This document shows positions 1 to 10,200 of a stretch of DNA of 53,117 bases, piece after piece; position 1 is the first letter of the stretch, and every line of letters begins with the position of its first letter. The position numbers and the translations under genes are program-made. The notes under the pieces were generated by a model. That model was not told the origin of the DNA, ran no database searches, and saw only the letters and a program-made list of their open reading frames with translations. This DNA is from a virus (lineage: Duplodnaviria; Caudoviricetes), in the IMG/VR virus record IMGVR_UViG_3300030110_004955, positions 1 to 53,117 of that record; one strand, given 5' to 3'.

Positions 1-1
1 G

Positions 2-2686
2 CAGAAGATCGAGCAGGGTATTGCTACGGAAGGCGACAAGCGTGCTTTGGCTGATGCCAAGAACCAGTTGGAGTACTACAAGGCCGAGACGAACGCGTTG
101 GTTAAGTTGAGGGGCATCGAACGAAAAAGTTTAGACGACCGGCTTAAGATTCGTGCGGATATCTATCGTACGTTTATCGATGCTGAGCAGCGGTACAACA
201 ACAAGGTTCGATCAACCGATACGAAACTAGTCTTTTCTGCGTTGGATGGTTTTTCGAATCCTGTAGGCCAGGACCCACTTTTAGCCGGGTTCAATGCTTT
301 GTACCCAACGGATAAGATTACGGGAATTAAAAAGCCTGCAATTGCTTTGGATAGCCCTCAATACATACCGACTATTCGTGCCATCTTAGACGGCATGAAC
401 GATAAAAATATAAAAGATTTATTTATCTTTACGCCTGACGGTAGGGTTGATGTTGAGGCATCAAAAGCCGCGATTAAGGGTGATCAAGGTACGCGAGACC
501 TTGGTAGTCTTGACTTTAATCGAATCTTTGAGTTTGTTGATCAATACAACCAGAATCTTACCCGACGTATAGCGTATGAAACTCAACGCAGAACGGAGGG
601 TACAAACGCGGTAAAGCTGTATGAGCGAGCCCAACAAGCGGCAGACGCAGGTAATGACGCAGAAGCTGAACGTTTCTTAGAGGAAGCTAATGAGTCATTT
701 GTACTGAAGCAGCTTGGATTCAGATCTTATAATCAACTTGGTGACCCAGATGACCTGAAGGCCCGTGTAGCCGATGCACGTATGCGTCAGCAATCACACC
801 AGTTTGCAGAAGAATATGTAGAGAAACTTCGCGCTCAGATCATGGGTGGTGAGACCAGCGACAGTGTAAGGTCGGGTATCGCAAAGGGTATTGCCGATCC
901 GGTTTTCCGCGCTTGGGCTGCTGACTACGGTTGGGATCGCCTCGGTAGAGTTTCAATGAATGAGGATGGCACCCCTGACTACTCAACCTACGTTGCTGGC
1001 GGTGACGATATTGCGGCTCTGCTTGCTTGGGAGCGCCAATCGAAGCGTGCGGCGGGTAACTATGGGTTGAGGGGTATCGATACTGGCGAGGTTTTGCGTA
1101 TCGAGTTTACGGACGGCACAGCGATTACTGGTAAGCGCCTTCGTCGTCATGCGGCTGATCCCAAGGGCGTCATTCGTATCGTAACTCCTGAGGGTGCGCG
1201 GCAGGTTTACCCTGGTGAGGTTAAGCGGGCGATCTATCTTGAGAAGCCTGCACCTGATGTCACTCGAATCGACCGTCGTGCGAAGCGTATCTATGAGCGT
1301 GAGATAGGCAATTATAGTCGATTAGAAACTGACGCAGTTTTAATGGCGGATCAGACTCCCCTTGCTCGGGTGGGTGACGATGTTTTGGAGGATGCCGAGG
1401 GTAACCTCGTTGCTGAAGATGCTTTGAAAGAAGCACAAGATAATCGCTTACGTGAGACGGCTTATCACTACATTAGTACTGATGGAACACGAACAGCAGC
1501 CTATGTTGAAGGTGACGCTATTTCACCGGAGTTACTGGCAGCTAATCCTCAATTAGGTGTGCAACTGCATCATGTTGTGTCGCCTGAGGGCGATGTTTAT
1601 GAAATCGATGGAGAGGGTAACTTAATTCAGCTTGATGATGAGCAAGCTAGCGGTGTCTTAAGTTTAGCTGCAGAAGAACCCGGAAATCGTAATTATATGT
1701 TTGTTGAGGATGAAGCTGGTGGTCTGAAGATGTTTTCTGGCGACGATTTTCAGTCAGCACTTACGTCAGGTAACATAAAGTTTCATGCGAAAATGCCCAC
1801 CGACTCACAAGAAGAAATTGCTGCTTTAGACGCGGCAACAGCCGCGCACATCAATCCGGGTGTTTTTGGTTATAAGGCTGTACCCGATGAGGGTTTGTTT
1901 GGGCCACGTAGTCTTCAAGGTAGCGCGTTCATTGATGAGTACGGTTCAAAAGGTATTGATCCCGAAGATTTGATACCAACTGATTCTGAACTACCTGAAG
2001 ATCTTGAAAAGTCACCTGATCCTGTGGAGAAAGCGAAAAATGAGGCTTTTGCTGCGGCAATAAATCTTGACGAAGATCATCCGGGTAAGATCCCAGGCAC
2101 TCCCCCGCGCGATCCTGACGCACCTGGCGCATTGCCTAGAGTAGACTCAGAAGAAAGCGCTCGCGAGGAAACAGACAGTCAGGCGGACGAGTTTATCGTT
2201 GGTGGTGGTGAGCCTTCTAAAGAAGACGTTAAGGAGGCGAAAAAAGGTACGCGTAAAAGCTTTGGTGAGCGTCGGAAGATGACGGGTAAGAAAACGCCTA
2301 AGTCTCTTAAAACGCAAGAGGATATTGCTGGTCGCATGTTCTTAAATATTAACCCTGAAGTATTTGCTCCAGCGACTGAAGTACCCGAAGAAGAAAAGAC
2401 TTCGGGTGAGTTACCGGAACCCACAGGTGACATGGGAATAGGTCAATTGTTTGGTCCTGGTAGTCTATTTGCTAAGATGATGGAGCGTCGGAAAAAGAAG
2501 AAAGAAGACCGCCAATCGAAGAAAGCACGAAAAAATCAAGACGCTAATGACGACGCAAAAAAGTCAGATATGACCGTACTTGGGCAGGGCGGACAACCTA
2601 ATCTTAAAACGCAGATTTCTGCGGAAACACTCCATGCAGGTTTCCCGCCCGACAAAGACGATAAGCAAGGACAAAACAATGAGTAA
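2..2686 (+). CDS. Large virion/internal (ejection-type) protein, 5'-truncated
   Basis: Frame is open from position 2. Over 890 aa, charged and helical, with a low-complexity acidic/Lys-rich C-terminus. Lies upstream of other giant virion-type ORFs; function inferred from context only. Confidence 0.5.
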   Translation, partial: QKIEQGIATEGDKRALADAKNQLEYYKAETNALVKLRGIERKSLDDRLKIRADIYRTFIDAEQRYNNKVRSTDTKLVFSALDGFSNPVGQDPLLAGFNALYPTDKITGIKKPAIALDSPQYIPTIRAILDGMNDKNIKDLFIFTPDGRVDVEASKAAIKGDQGTRDLGSLDFNRIFEFVDQYNQNLTRRIAYETQRRTEGTNAVKLYERAQQAADAGNDAEAERFLEEANESFVLKQLGFRSYNQLGDPDDLKARVADARMRQQSHQFAEEYVEKLRAQIMGGETSDSVRSGIAKGIADPVFRAWAADYGWDRLGRVSMNEDGTPDYSTYVAGGDDIAALLAWERQSKRAAGNYGLRGIDTGEVLRIEFTDGTAITGKRLRRHAADPKGVIRIVTPEGARQVYPGEVKRAIYLEKPAPDVTRIDRRAKRIYEREIGNYSRLETDAVLMADQTPLARVGDDVLEDAEGNLVAEDALKEAQDNRLRETAYHYISTDGTRTAAYVEGDAISPELLAANPQLGVQLHHVVSPEGDVYEIDGEGNLIQLDDEQASGVLSLAAEEPGNRNYMFVEDEAGGLKMFSGDDFQSALTSGNIKFHAKMPTDSQEEIAALDAATAAHINPGVFGYKAVPDEGLFGPRSLQGSAFIDEYGSKGIDPEDLIPTDSELPEDLEKSPDPVEKAKNEAFAAAINLDEDHPGKIPGTPPRDPDAPGALPRVDSEESAREETDSQADEFIVGGGEPSKEDVKEAKKGTRKSFGERRKMTGKKTPKSLKTQEDIAGRMFLNINPEVFAPATEVPEEEKTSGELPEPTGDMGIGQLFGPGSLFAKMMERRKKKKEDRQSKKARKNQDANDDAKKSDMTVLGQGGQPNLKTQISAETLHAGFPPDKDDKQGQNNE

Positions 2687-3038
2687 GTTTGAGGGACTTG
2701 ATACACCTGAGTTTAAAGTCAAACCAAAATCAGAGGGGTTTTATCAGGCACCAAAGCCTGAGTTGTCGATCAAAAAACCTAAGGAAGATGAGTTTGATCT
2801 GATGAAGGACGTACCCGGTACACCAAAGAAGACTAGTTCGAAAGCCGATAAAAAGATCGATCGTTACGCGAAGTTTAAGAAGAACCAGCCGAAGGCCCAA
2901 GCGGTTGCGGGTGTCCTTGGTGGTATGGGTAAGAAAGACTCGACAAATGGTCAGCGTTACAAGCCCGCAAGTGATGGTGTTGATGCGGCTTTTGATAGAA
3001 TCATCGATACACTAACGATGCGTAGAAGTGCGAAGTAG
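2679..3038 (+). CDS. Hypothetical Lys-rich protein (119 aa)
   Basis: ATG at 2679 overlaps the end of the previous ORF (ATGAGTAA), with AAGGA upstream; a more likely start than the one in the track. Confidence 0.6.
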   Translation: MSKFEGLDTPEFKVKPKSEGFYQAPKPELSIKKPKEDEFDLMKDVPGTPKKTSSKADKKIDRYAKFKKNQPKAQAVAGVLGGMGKKDSTNGQRYKPASDGVDAAFDRIIDTLTMRRSAK

Positions 3039-3047
3039 AGGTGTTTA

Positions 3048-4283
3048 ATGGGCGTTCTTGACTTCGGACAAGCAACACGGAAAGTAGTACAAGCGGCGGC
3101 AACTCCTGGAGCACAAGACGTTGCGGCGACTGCCGTTACACCACCTGCGGCTGCTGCTCCACCACCTGCGGCTGCTGCTCCACCACCTGTTGCACCGCCC
3201 GCAATTCCGTCTGAACCCGATCCAGTTGAGCCGCCACCAGTTGAGCCCACACCTGAGCCAGAGCCAGAGCCTGTGGCTGTCGAGGGTGATCTGGACGAGT
3301 TGAACAAGCGTGCCGATGCTCTTGAATTAGAAATTAAAAACCTTCAGTCTTCGGTTCGTGGTCAGGCTCCGGTCAAACTTCGTGCGACGATTGAAGAACG
3401 TGAAATGGCTCAGTTGGAAAAAGACGAAGCCACGCAATTACTTTCAGCGAAAAGAGGTGAGTTGCGTCAGGTTTTAGAGCAAATAGAGTCTCTTTCTGGT
3501 GTGGCTGAGCCCGCTAAAGCACCTTCGGCTCCCCCTCCTGGCGTTGAGTTTGACGAGAAACGCGGCCCTGTGTACCCAGGTAGATCGAGAGAGCGGTCAC
3601 AAGAAAAGTTGATTGAAGCCGAGACTGGGGCGAGAACGATTGAGCAAACTCAACCCGGTATTTATGAGTACTTTAGTTCCGGTCCAGAGATGCGTGAAGT
3701 TGAGTTACCCATCGAAGGAGAAGAACCTCGAGTGTACGCTCGTTCTCGTAAGAGACAAGCGATGAAACAGTTGTTCGATCCTCGGACTGGTGGCGTTGCT
3801 TTAAACAACCCTTTGGGAGAGGCACTAATAAAATCTCCTGCGAGGTTGGGTATTGCTGCAGGTCAATCAGTTTATGACCAAACATTGGGCAGCGGCGACA
3901 AACCGACGGCAGACAGTATTTCTCCTGAGTCACTAAGGGCTCCGTTTTCGAGTGGTGTGATGTTTGCTCCGCGAGCACCAATGGGTCAACAGTTTGACGC
4001 GGATAAAACCGGCGAGAAATTGAGCGTAGAAATTTTGTCGCGTAAAAGAAATATCCGTGGTGCAAATTCGAGACTAACAGAGCTTCAAGATAGTATCGGT
4101 GACACGAGTCGACCTGGTGATATTTACGCTGAGATCGAGGCGTTGAAAGATGAGAAAGAGCAAATGCAAGCTGAGTTGAATCAATTGCTTCGCATAAAAG
4201 ACGTTACAATACCTCGACGAGAGGCAGAAGAAGAATCAGAGCCAGAGAAACATCTTTTGGGTGATTTTGCGTCTCAGTTTTAA
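3048..4283 (+). CDS. Pro/Ala-rich coiled-coil protein, putative internal virion protein
   Basis: 411 aa, GAGGT RBS, PPAAAAP repeats and two predicted coiled-coil segments; tightly packed in the operon. Confidence 0.55.
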   Translation: MGVLDFGQATRKVVQAAATPGAQDVAATAVTPPAAAAPPPAAAAPPPVAPPAIPSEPDPVEPPPVEPTPEPEPEPVAVEGDLDELNKRADALELEIKNLQSSVRGQAPVKLRATIEEREMAQLEKDEATQLLSAKRGELRQVLEQIESLSGVAEPAKAPSAPPPGVEFDEKRGPVYPGRSRERSQEKLIEAETGARTIEQTQPGIYEYFSSGPEMREVELPIEGEEPRVYARSRKRQAMKQLFDPRTGGVALNNPLGEALIKSPARLGIAAGQSVYDQTLGSGDKPTADSISPESLRAPFSSGVMFAPRAPMGQQFDADKTGEKLSVEILSRKRNIRGANSRLTELQDSIGDTSRPGDIYAEIEALKDEKEQMQAELNQLLRIKDVTIPRREAEEESEPEKHLLGDFASQF

Positions 4284-4295
4284 TCGGGGATTGTC

Positions 4296-7200
4296 GTGGC
4301 TAAGGAAGAGCAAGGTACCAAAATTGTTGAGGAAGAAACCCTTGCCGTCGATGCTGAGCAACCTGAAGTTAAACAGCCTGAGGTTACACAGTTTGATAAG
4401 GAAAAATTAGGTAAGCTGACGAAAGACTTGAAGATCGAGCGGCTGGGTCTGATCATTGCTGAGTACGCAGAAACAGAGCGTTCATACGACCCTAAAGCTG
4501 TTGAGAAGCGTAAAGCAGAAGAAGCGCCAACGTTTAACTACGAAGATGCTCTGAGCGAAGTCACAGATTTTACGGGGCTGACGCCGACAGAATACAAAGA
4601 AGCAGCAACGTATCAGAATATTCCACTCGACGACCTGTTTACGCGGGTGGCGGAAAAGGGTGAGCCGGTCAGTGATGTAGTTAAGTCTTTCAAACTTCAG
4701 AGAGAGCAGGCTGGCGAGACCAAAGAGAAGCGTGAGGTAAAGCAACGGGGAACAGACATTGCTTTGTCAGGACTTAAGCGCCTTCAAACAGGTAAGAAAA
4801 AGCTACCAAAGAAAGAGCGTGAGGCGGCACAACGGCGAATACTCTCACGCTTTGATCCTCGAGAACAACCACCGATAATCTTCGACGGCAACACGGAAGG
4901 TGAGGCCGAGGATGCGATTATCCGTGTCGGTCAACCTGGGTGGGATCAACTTGATAAGATGGGTGAGTTGATCATCAATGACAAAGTGGCGGAAGACCCT
5001 GAACGAGCCAAGCTTTGGCAACAACAGCTACAGAGTTTGGGTACTCCATCTTCCGGTAAAATGATTCGCGACGTCCTGGCGGACAGTAAGTTTCGAGACA
5101 TTATCGGGAACATCGCTACGTATGACCTCAACAAGATGTCCAAGAAAGAGGGTATCGGTCGAGGTCAGATCCGAGAGGACGGTGTTTCGTACGAAGATTT
5201 GAAAGACAAAGCAATGAAGAACGCTTTGTATGATGCAACACTTCTCCGTACACTGAACAAGTTTTATCTTCCGGCTTTCATTTCATACGACTTGATTGAC
5301 CCACTCAAGAAGATTCCAAACACAGAAAACGAAGACGACAAGAGTTGGTTTTCGAAAGCGTGGAACAATGCGAGTGAGGTTCGTGTAGAAGTTATTGGCT
5401 TAGACGCGAAAAACAAAGCACCGGTTTACCGTCTTGACTCACCTACATGGCACCTCTTTGAGTTGATGGATGCACCTCAAGCTGCCTTCACAGGTGCGGT
5501 AGAGAGACTCGCCAAAGGGCCTGAGGGTGAATCGTTTCTCGACGCTATCTCAGAAGGATCACTTGAAGGTATTAAAGACCGTAGGGATCTCATAAAAGCT
5601 GCGCTATCCACTGAGGCGGCTGAGTCTGACGGCCTTACTGCAGTTGCTTTGGGTATGCTTGGCTTGGGTGGTGCTATTGTTTTCCCCGATGCATTTATTG
5701 GTGCCGCTGCTGCCGCACGCATAACAAAGAAGTTGGGCACATCTGCCGCAGACGTGGCTCGACTTAGAAAGCTTGCCCCAGGTTTAACGGGCAGCTTGGG
5801 TGATGGTGCAGAGTCTTTGGCCAAAGCCGAAGAGATTCTGAGTGATGGTGTGGCTGATGCTATTCTTGCAGGTAACTACGATGAGGCTCTGCGTTTGCTT
5901 GATGAAGCACAGGAGTTTGCAAAGAAGTCTGATGCATCGATATCCGAGGCACGCGGATTAGATAGAAACGCAGCAACCGTTGTTGATGAGTTAGATACGG
6001 AAATTGCCCGTAAGCTGAGTAAAGAAACACCTGAAATGGCTGGTGGTGAAGGCAACCGATTGGCCTCAATCATACCTGGTTCATTTGGTTTCATTGAGCA
6101 GAATATCCATCAGGGTTTACGACGTAAACTTCTTCGTGGTGACATGGATGAGCAGACCGTCGGTTTCGGTGAATTACTCAGTATGAGTGAGTCGATCGAG
6201 CATCTAAAAGACTCTGTTCGTGTGTTGAAAGAGGGCAACATTAACGAACAGCTTTTGAGTGCTAATCGACAAGAAGCGTCTAGCTTTCTATCGAAAGTAC
6301 GAGACTTCATGCGTGAGATCAATGTCGGTACAGCTAATCCAGATTTGACTACAGATCAGCGTCAACTATCAATCGACCTTGTTCGTTACTTGGAGTCTGC
6401 TGAGTCGATTAAACTACTTCGTGATGATCCGAATGCTTGGAAACTTCGGGTAACGGAGTTGGCGCAGAAACTTCCGTTTGATCCTGAGAAGTTGACCGAT
6501 ACGAATATCTTTCTTTCTAAGCTAAACAAAGAAATGTCTACCACGGTGACTTCGATGAAGAAGACTCGTGCAGCATTGAAAACCAAGGTTACACCTGAGA
6601 TTGCGGCAAGTGCTACGGCAAAAGGCGTCAAAGCTATTCGCGGTCAGTTTGAGTCTCGTGCAGCGGCCATGGCGTTTACGCGTGAGAAAATAGCGGAAAA
6701 AGCAGGTCTGTCCGTTGATCCATTGATTGTTTCAATCACAGAGAAGCACAAAGCTGTTGGTCGCTCAGGTTTGTCTCCTGATGGATTGGCTTTTTTAGAT
6801 CAGCTTCAAGAAGCTGCACCGAATATTTCAGCCGATGAAGCGCTTAGAATTACGAAGAATGTAGACAACCAAGCAAAGAAGTGGGCGAAGCAGAACGAGC
6901 GTACTGTACAGGCTTTCTACGACGAGACTTTTGAGGCAATTGTTGGTGCGCCATCACCGAGACCTCGGCCCCGTGGTCTTGCTCCTGATGCACCGCCTAA
7001 GGCTCCGACACCTGAGGCGCCTACACCGAAAGATGTAGAGACACCGCCTACAGCGAAGGCACTTGACGAGTATCCGCCTGCGGGTCCAATGGAGGAAAAG
7101 CTACCTACAGGTCTTCGAGAAGCTTTGACGGGGCTTGATGAGTCTGTCTTTAAGCCTAAGGTAGCGGGTAAGGCTGCTCGTGGGGCGTTTGAGGGTCCTG

Positions 7201-10200
7201 TAGCTACGGCACCAAAACAGAAACCATTGCCAGATATTGAACCGTCTACACCTCGTGGTTTGTTTGTTGGTTGGTTTCAACGTAGCGAACCTGTGGGCAG
7301 TTTGTCCGCTGAAGATCTTTACAACCATCTACGTCAATTTGAGGGACCAGGTGAAGGCGCAAAGGTTGTTGAGTTTTTGGCGAACCATGCAGCGTTGCCT
7401 GCTACCAGAGCAATTGCACGACGCATCTTACCGACAATCAGAAGAAACGCTCCTTCGTTTAAGATTGTTGACGGTCGTGAAATTGATACGACTGGAATGA
7501 ATAACAGCTATGGTCAGTATTCGAGTATTTTAAACGAGGTACGAATTCGGGGTATTGCTGGTGCCTTGCGAACGGGCTTGGATGAAGAGACAATCCTGCA
7601 TGAGTTTATTCATGCTGCAACATCAATTTTTATTGATGCATCTCCTAATAACGCTACGATTAAAAACTTAGAGGATCTATCCGACGAGACGCTTACTGCT
7701 TTACGTAATTACCGAAACACACAAGATTTGACTGAAGATGTCGCAGTAAAAATCGACGCCATGTTAATGGGCTGGGACTATTTCGGTTCGACGAAAGAGT
7801 TTCTTGCTTGGAGTTTAAGTAGTTCGAGTTTTCAACGGATGCTCCAAACTTTAGAGATTGGACCAAAAACTACTTTGTGGAACAAGTTTACGCGTTTAAT
7901 CGCTAAGTTGTTTGGTATTACGGCAGAGGACGAGACCGGTGCTTTGGCTCAAGTATTGGTGGCAAACGATCGGCTGTTAACGGCGGCATCTAAGTTTGAT
8001 CCCCGCGTTGTTTCTGATGCTGAACCTATCGTGACTGTATCCGAAGGCGGCACAAAAGTTACATCACCGGTTTTAGTTACAATTTACAGGCGACAAATTA
8101 AAAAGTCTGATGAACGACCTAAGTTAAAAAAATATGATGAACCTTTGGGTGAAATACTTTTCCGCGAGAACAAAGTTTTTGGTTCAAGAGTCTTTCAGGT
8201 AGACTCTGTTGAGGTTCCAGCATCTCTGCGGCGTAAGGGGCTTGGAACAGATTTATATCTTAGGGCACTCAAGCACGCGCAGAATGAGGGTGTGGGCTTT
8301 GTTAGTGATTTAACGCCTACGGAAGATGCTGTTCGTGTCTACAACAAGTTACAGAATTTAGGGGTCAAGTTTCAGCGTAAACCTTTACCTGATGCACAAG
8401 GCGAATTGACCGATGTCTATTTTATTAGCTCGCGTAACTTGGCTAAATTAGACTTGGATAAAATTGCAATTGAACACGGAAAGAGATTTTCGCTTGATTA
8501 CCTTTATGCTCTCGTCAACGAGGGTTCTGTTAGTCGCTTTGCTGCCCGTGGTGATGACTTTGTAGCTAACCCTGTGGTTGTAGACTTCATGGAGGATGGC
8601 CGTGCCGTTATCCGTGCTTTGACGGAGACCGCAACGGCAGATGATTTCATGCTGGCAATCGGTCGGGTGACTCGTCGAAACTTTGATGACTCGGATATGA
8701 AGGCTTTGGTTACCTGGCTGGGAACCAAGGGCATTAAGGTTGGTCATCGTGGTTCAGTGCTCACAGCAGACGATGCTTCTGTCGTAGAAGCCGCTGAACA
8801 AGAATTTGCGAGGGCGTTCCTACATTACGTGAAGTCAGGTCAGGCTGATCAACCAGAAATTCAAGGGGCTTTGAGTAAGGCAAATGAGTGGCTTAAAGAT
8901 ACATATACCTCAATCACAAGTCGTAGTGCTGGCGGACCACTGCCAGGAACAGACCCCGGACTCACACGATCATTGGACAAGCTTTTGCGGACGCGCTCTG
9001 AACGGGTTGCGCTTCCGAATATCTTTAAGCTTACGAAAGATGCGATGCTGTCTACTGCGAAGAAAGAGGGTACGAAGTTTGATGTCTTGGACGAGATCTA
9101 CCGAGAGTTGTATCGCTTGGGCAATCCGGTATCAAAAGCAGATCTTGAGAAGCAATGGGCTGATGCGCTAAAAAGATACGATCCAAATAAGCCCGATGCC
9201 GCAGTACTGAAATTTCCCGTCGCGATTAAACTCGGCGGTGCTTTAGGTAAACCAAAAGATCAGTTTACTTTGACTGATTTGGCGAAGGCTCAGAGGCAGC
9301 TTGAGGATGCTCGGTTGTTTGAGATACAGCCGAAGAAAACTGTGCCTTTGCCTATTGGTGGTGCTGAGAAAGCAATCGAAGAGCGTTCAGCCGCAGAGTT
9401 AACTGACCAGGCGATGCTTAATAGACCATTGGGTCGGGTATTTCGCAACATATTCCTCGGTGGTGATGCGTACGCTGACATGCGCCATCTACCTCCTGCG
9501 ATTCGAGAATCGGTCAAAGCGGGTGAGCGGCTGGTTCAGCAAGCTATTGGTGACGCGATTACGCTTGTTGTCGAAGGTGACATCAATAATTTGATGCGGT
9601 ACCTGACGGGTACCAAGACTGTTCAGTTTGCCAAGGGTGGTCGGTCAGCGATGAGTGCTGGTCATGACTCAGTGACTTCTGTTGTGAAGAGTATGGAGAA
9701 GTACTTCAAAGCAATGGCGACCGAGGAAGTAGGGAAGATTCAAATAGAGATTCTTCAAACGTACGCGGCTCTTGTAAGGCAAAATAACTCAGCCTCAGAA
9801 GCTTTGAAAACAATCACCCAGATGAAAGTCGGGGGCGAGGATATCACCCAAAAGCAGATCATCGAAGCGTTTAATGCTGTGGTGAAGGGTGATAAATCAA
9901 ACCGGTTTATCAAAGAAGCGTTTGAGGCAGCGGGGTACAAGTCATCTGAGTTTTACCCTCAGTTTTTGACACAACCAAAAGGTGCTACTGAAGCCGGTGG
10001 GTTGCTCGAAGCGTTTATGTATTACGCAAACTTAGTCGAGCGTGTCGATCCTGCGGATAACAAAAGCAAACTGTACTCCACGATGATGTCTGATGCCGGT
10101 ATTGTTGACGTACCTCAAAACACATTTATTCGTTTGTATGATGAGATTTCGACGCTATTCCCTGAAGATAACAAAGTTGCGAACCGTGTAGCTATTCTGG

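Noticed and set aside
3141-3189. 21-bp tandem repeat (about 2.3 copies)
   Set aside because: An in-frame coding repeat for a PPAAAAP linker; no independent function is evident.
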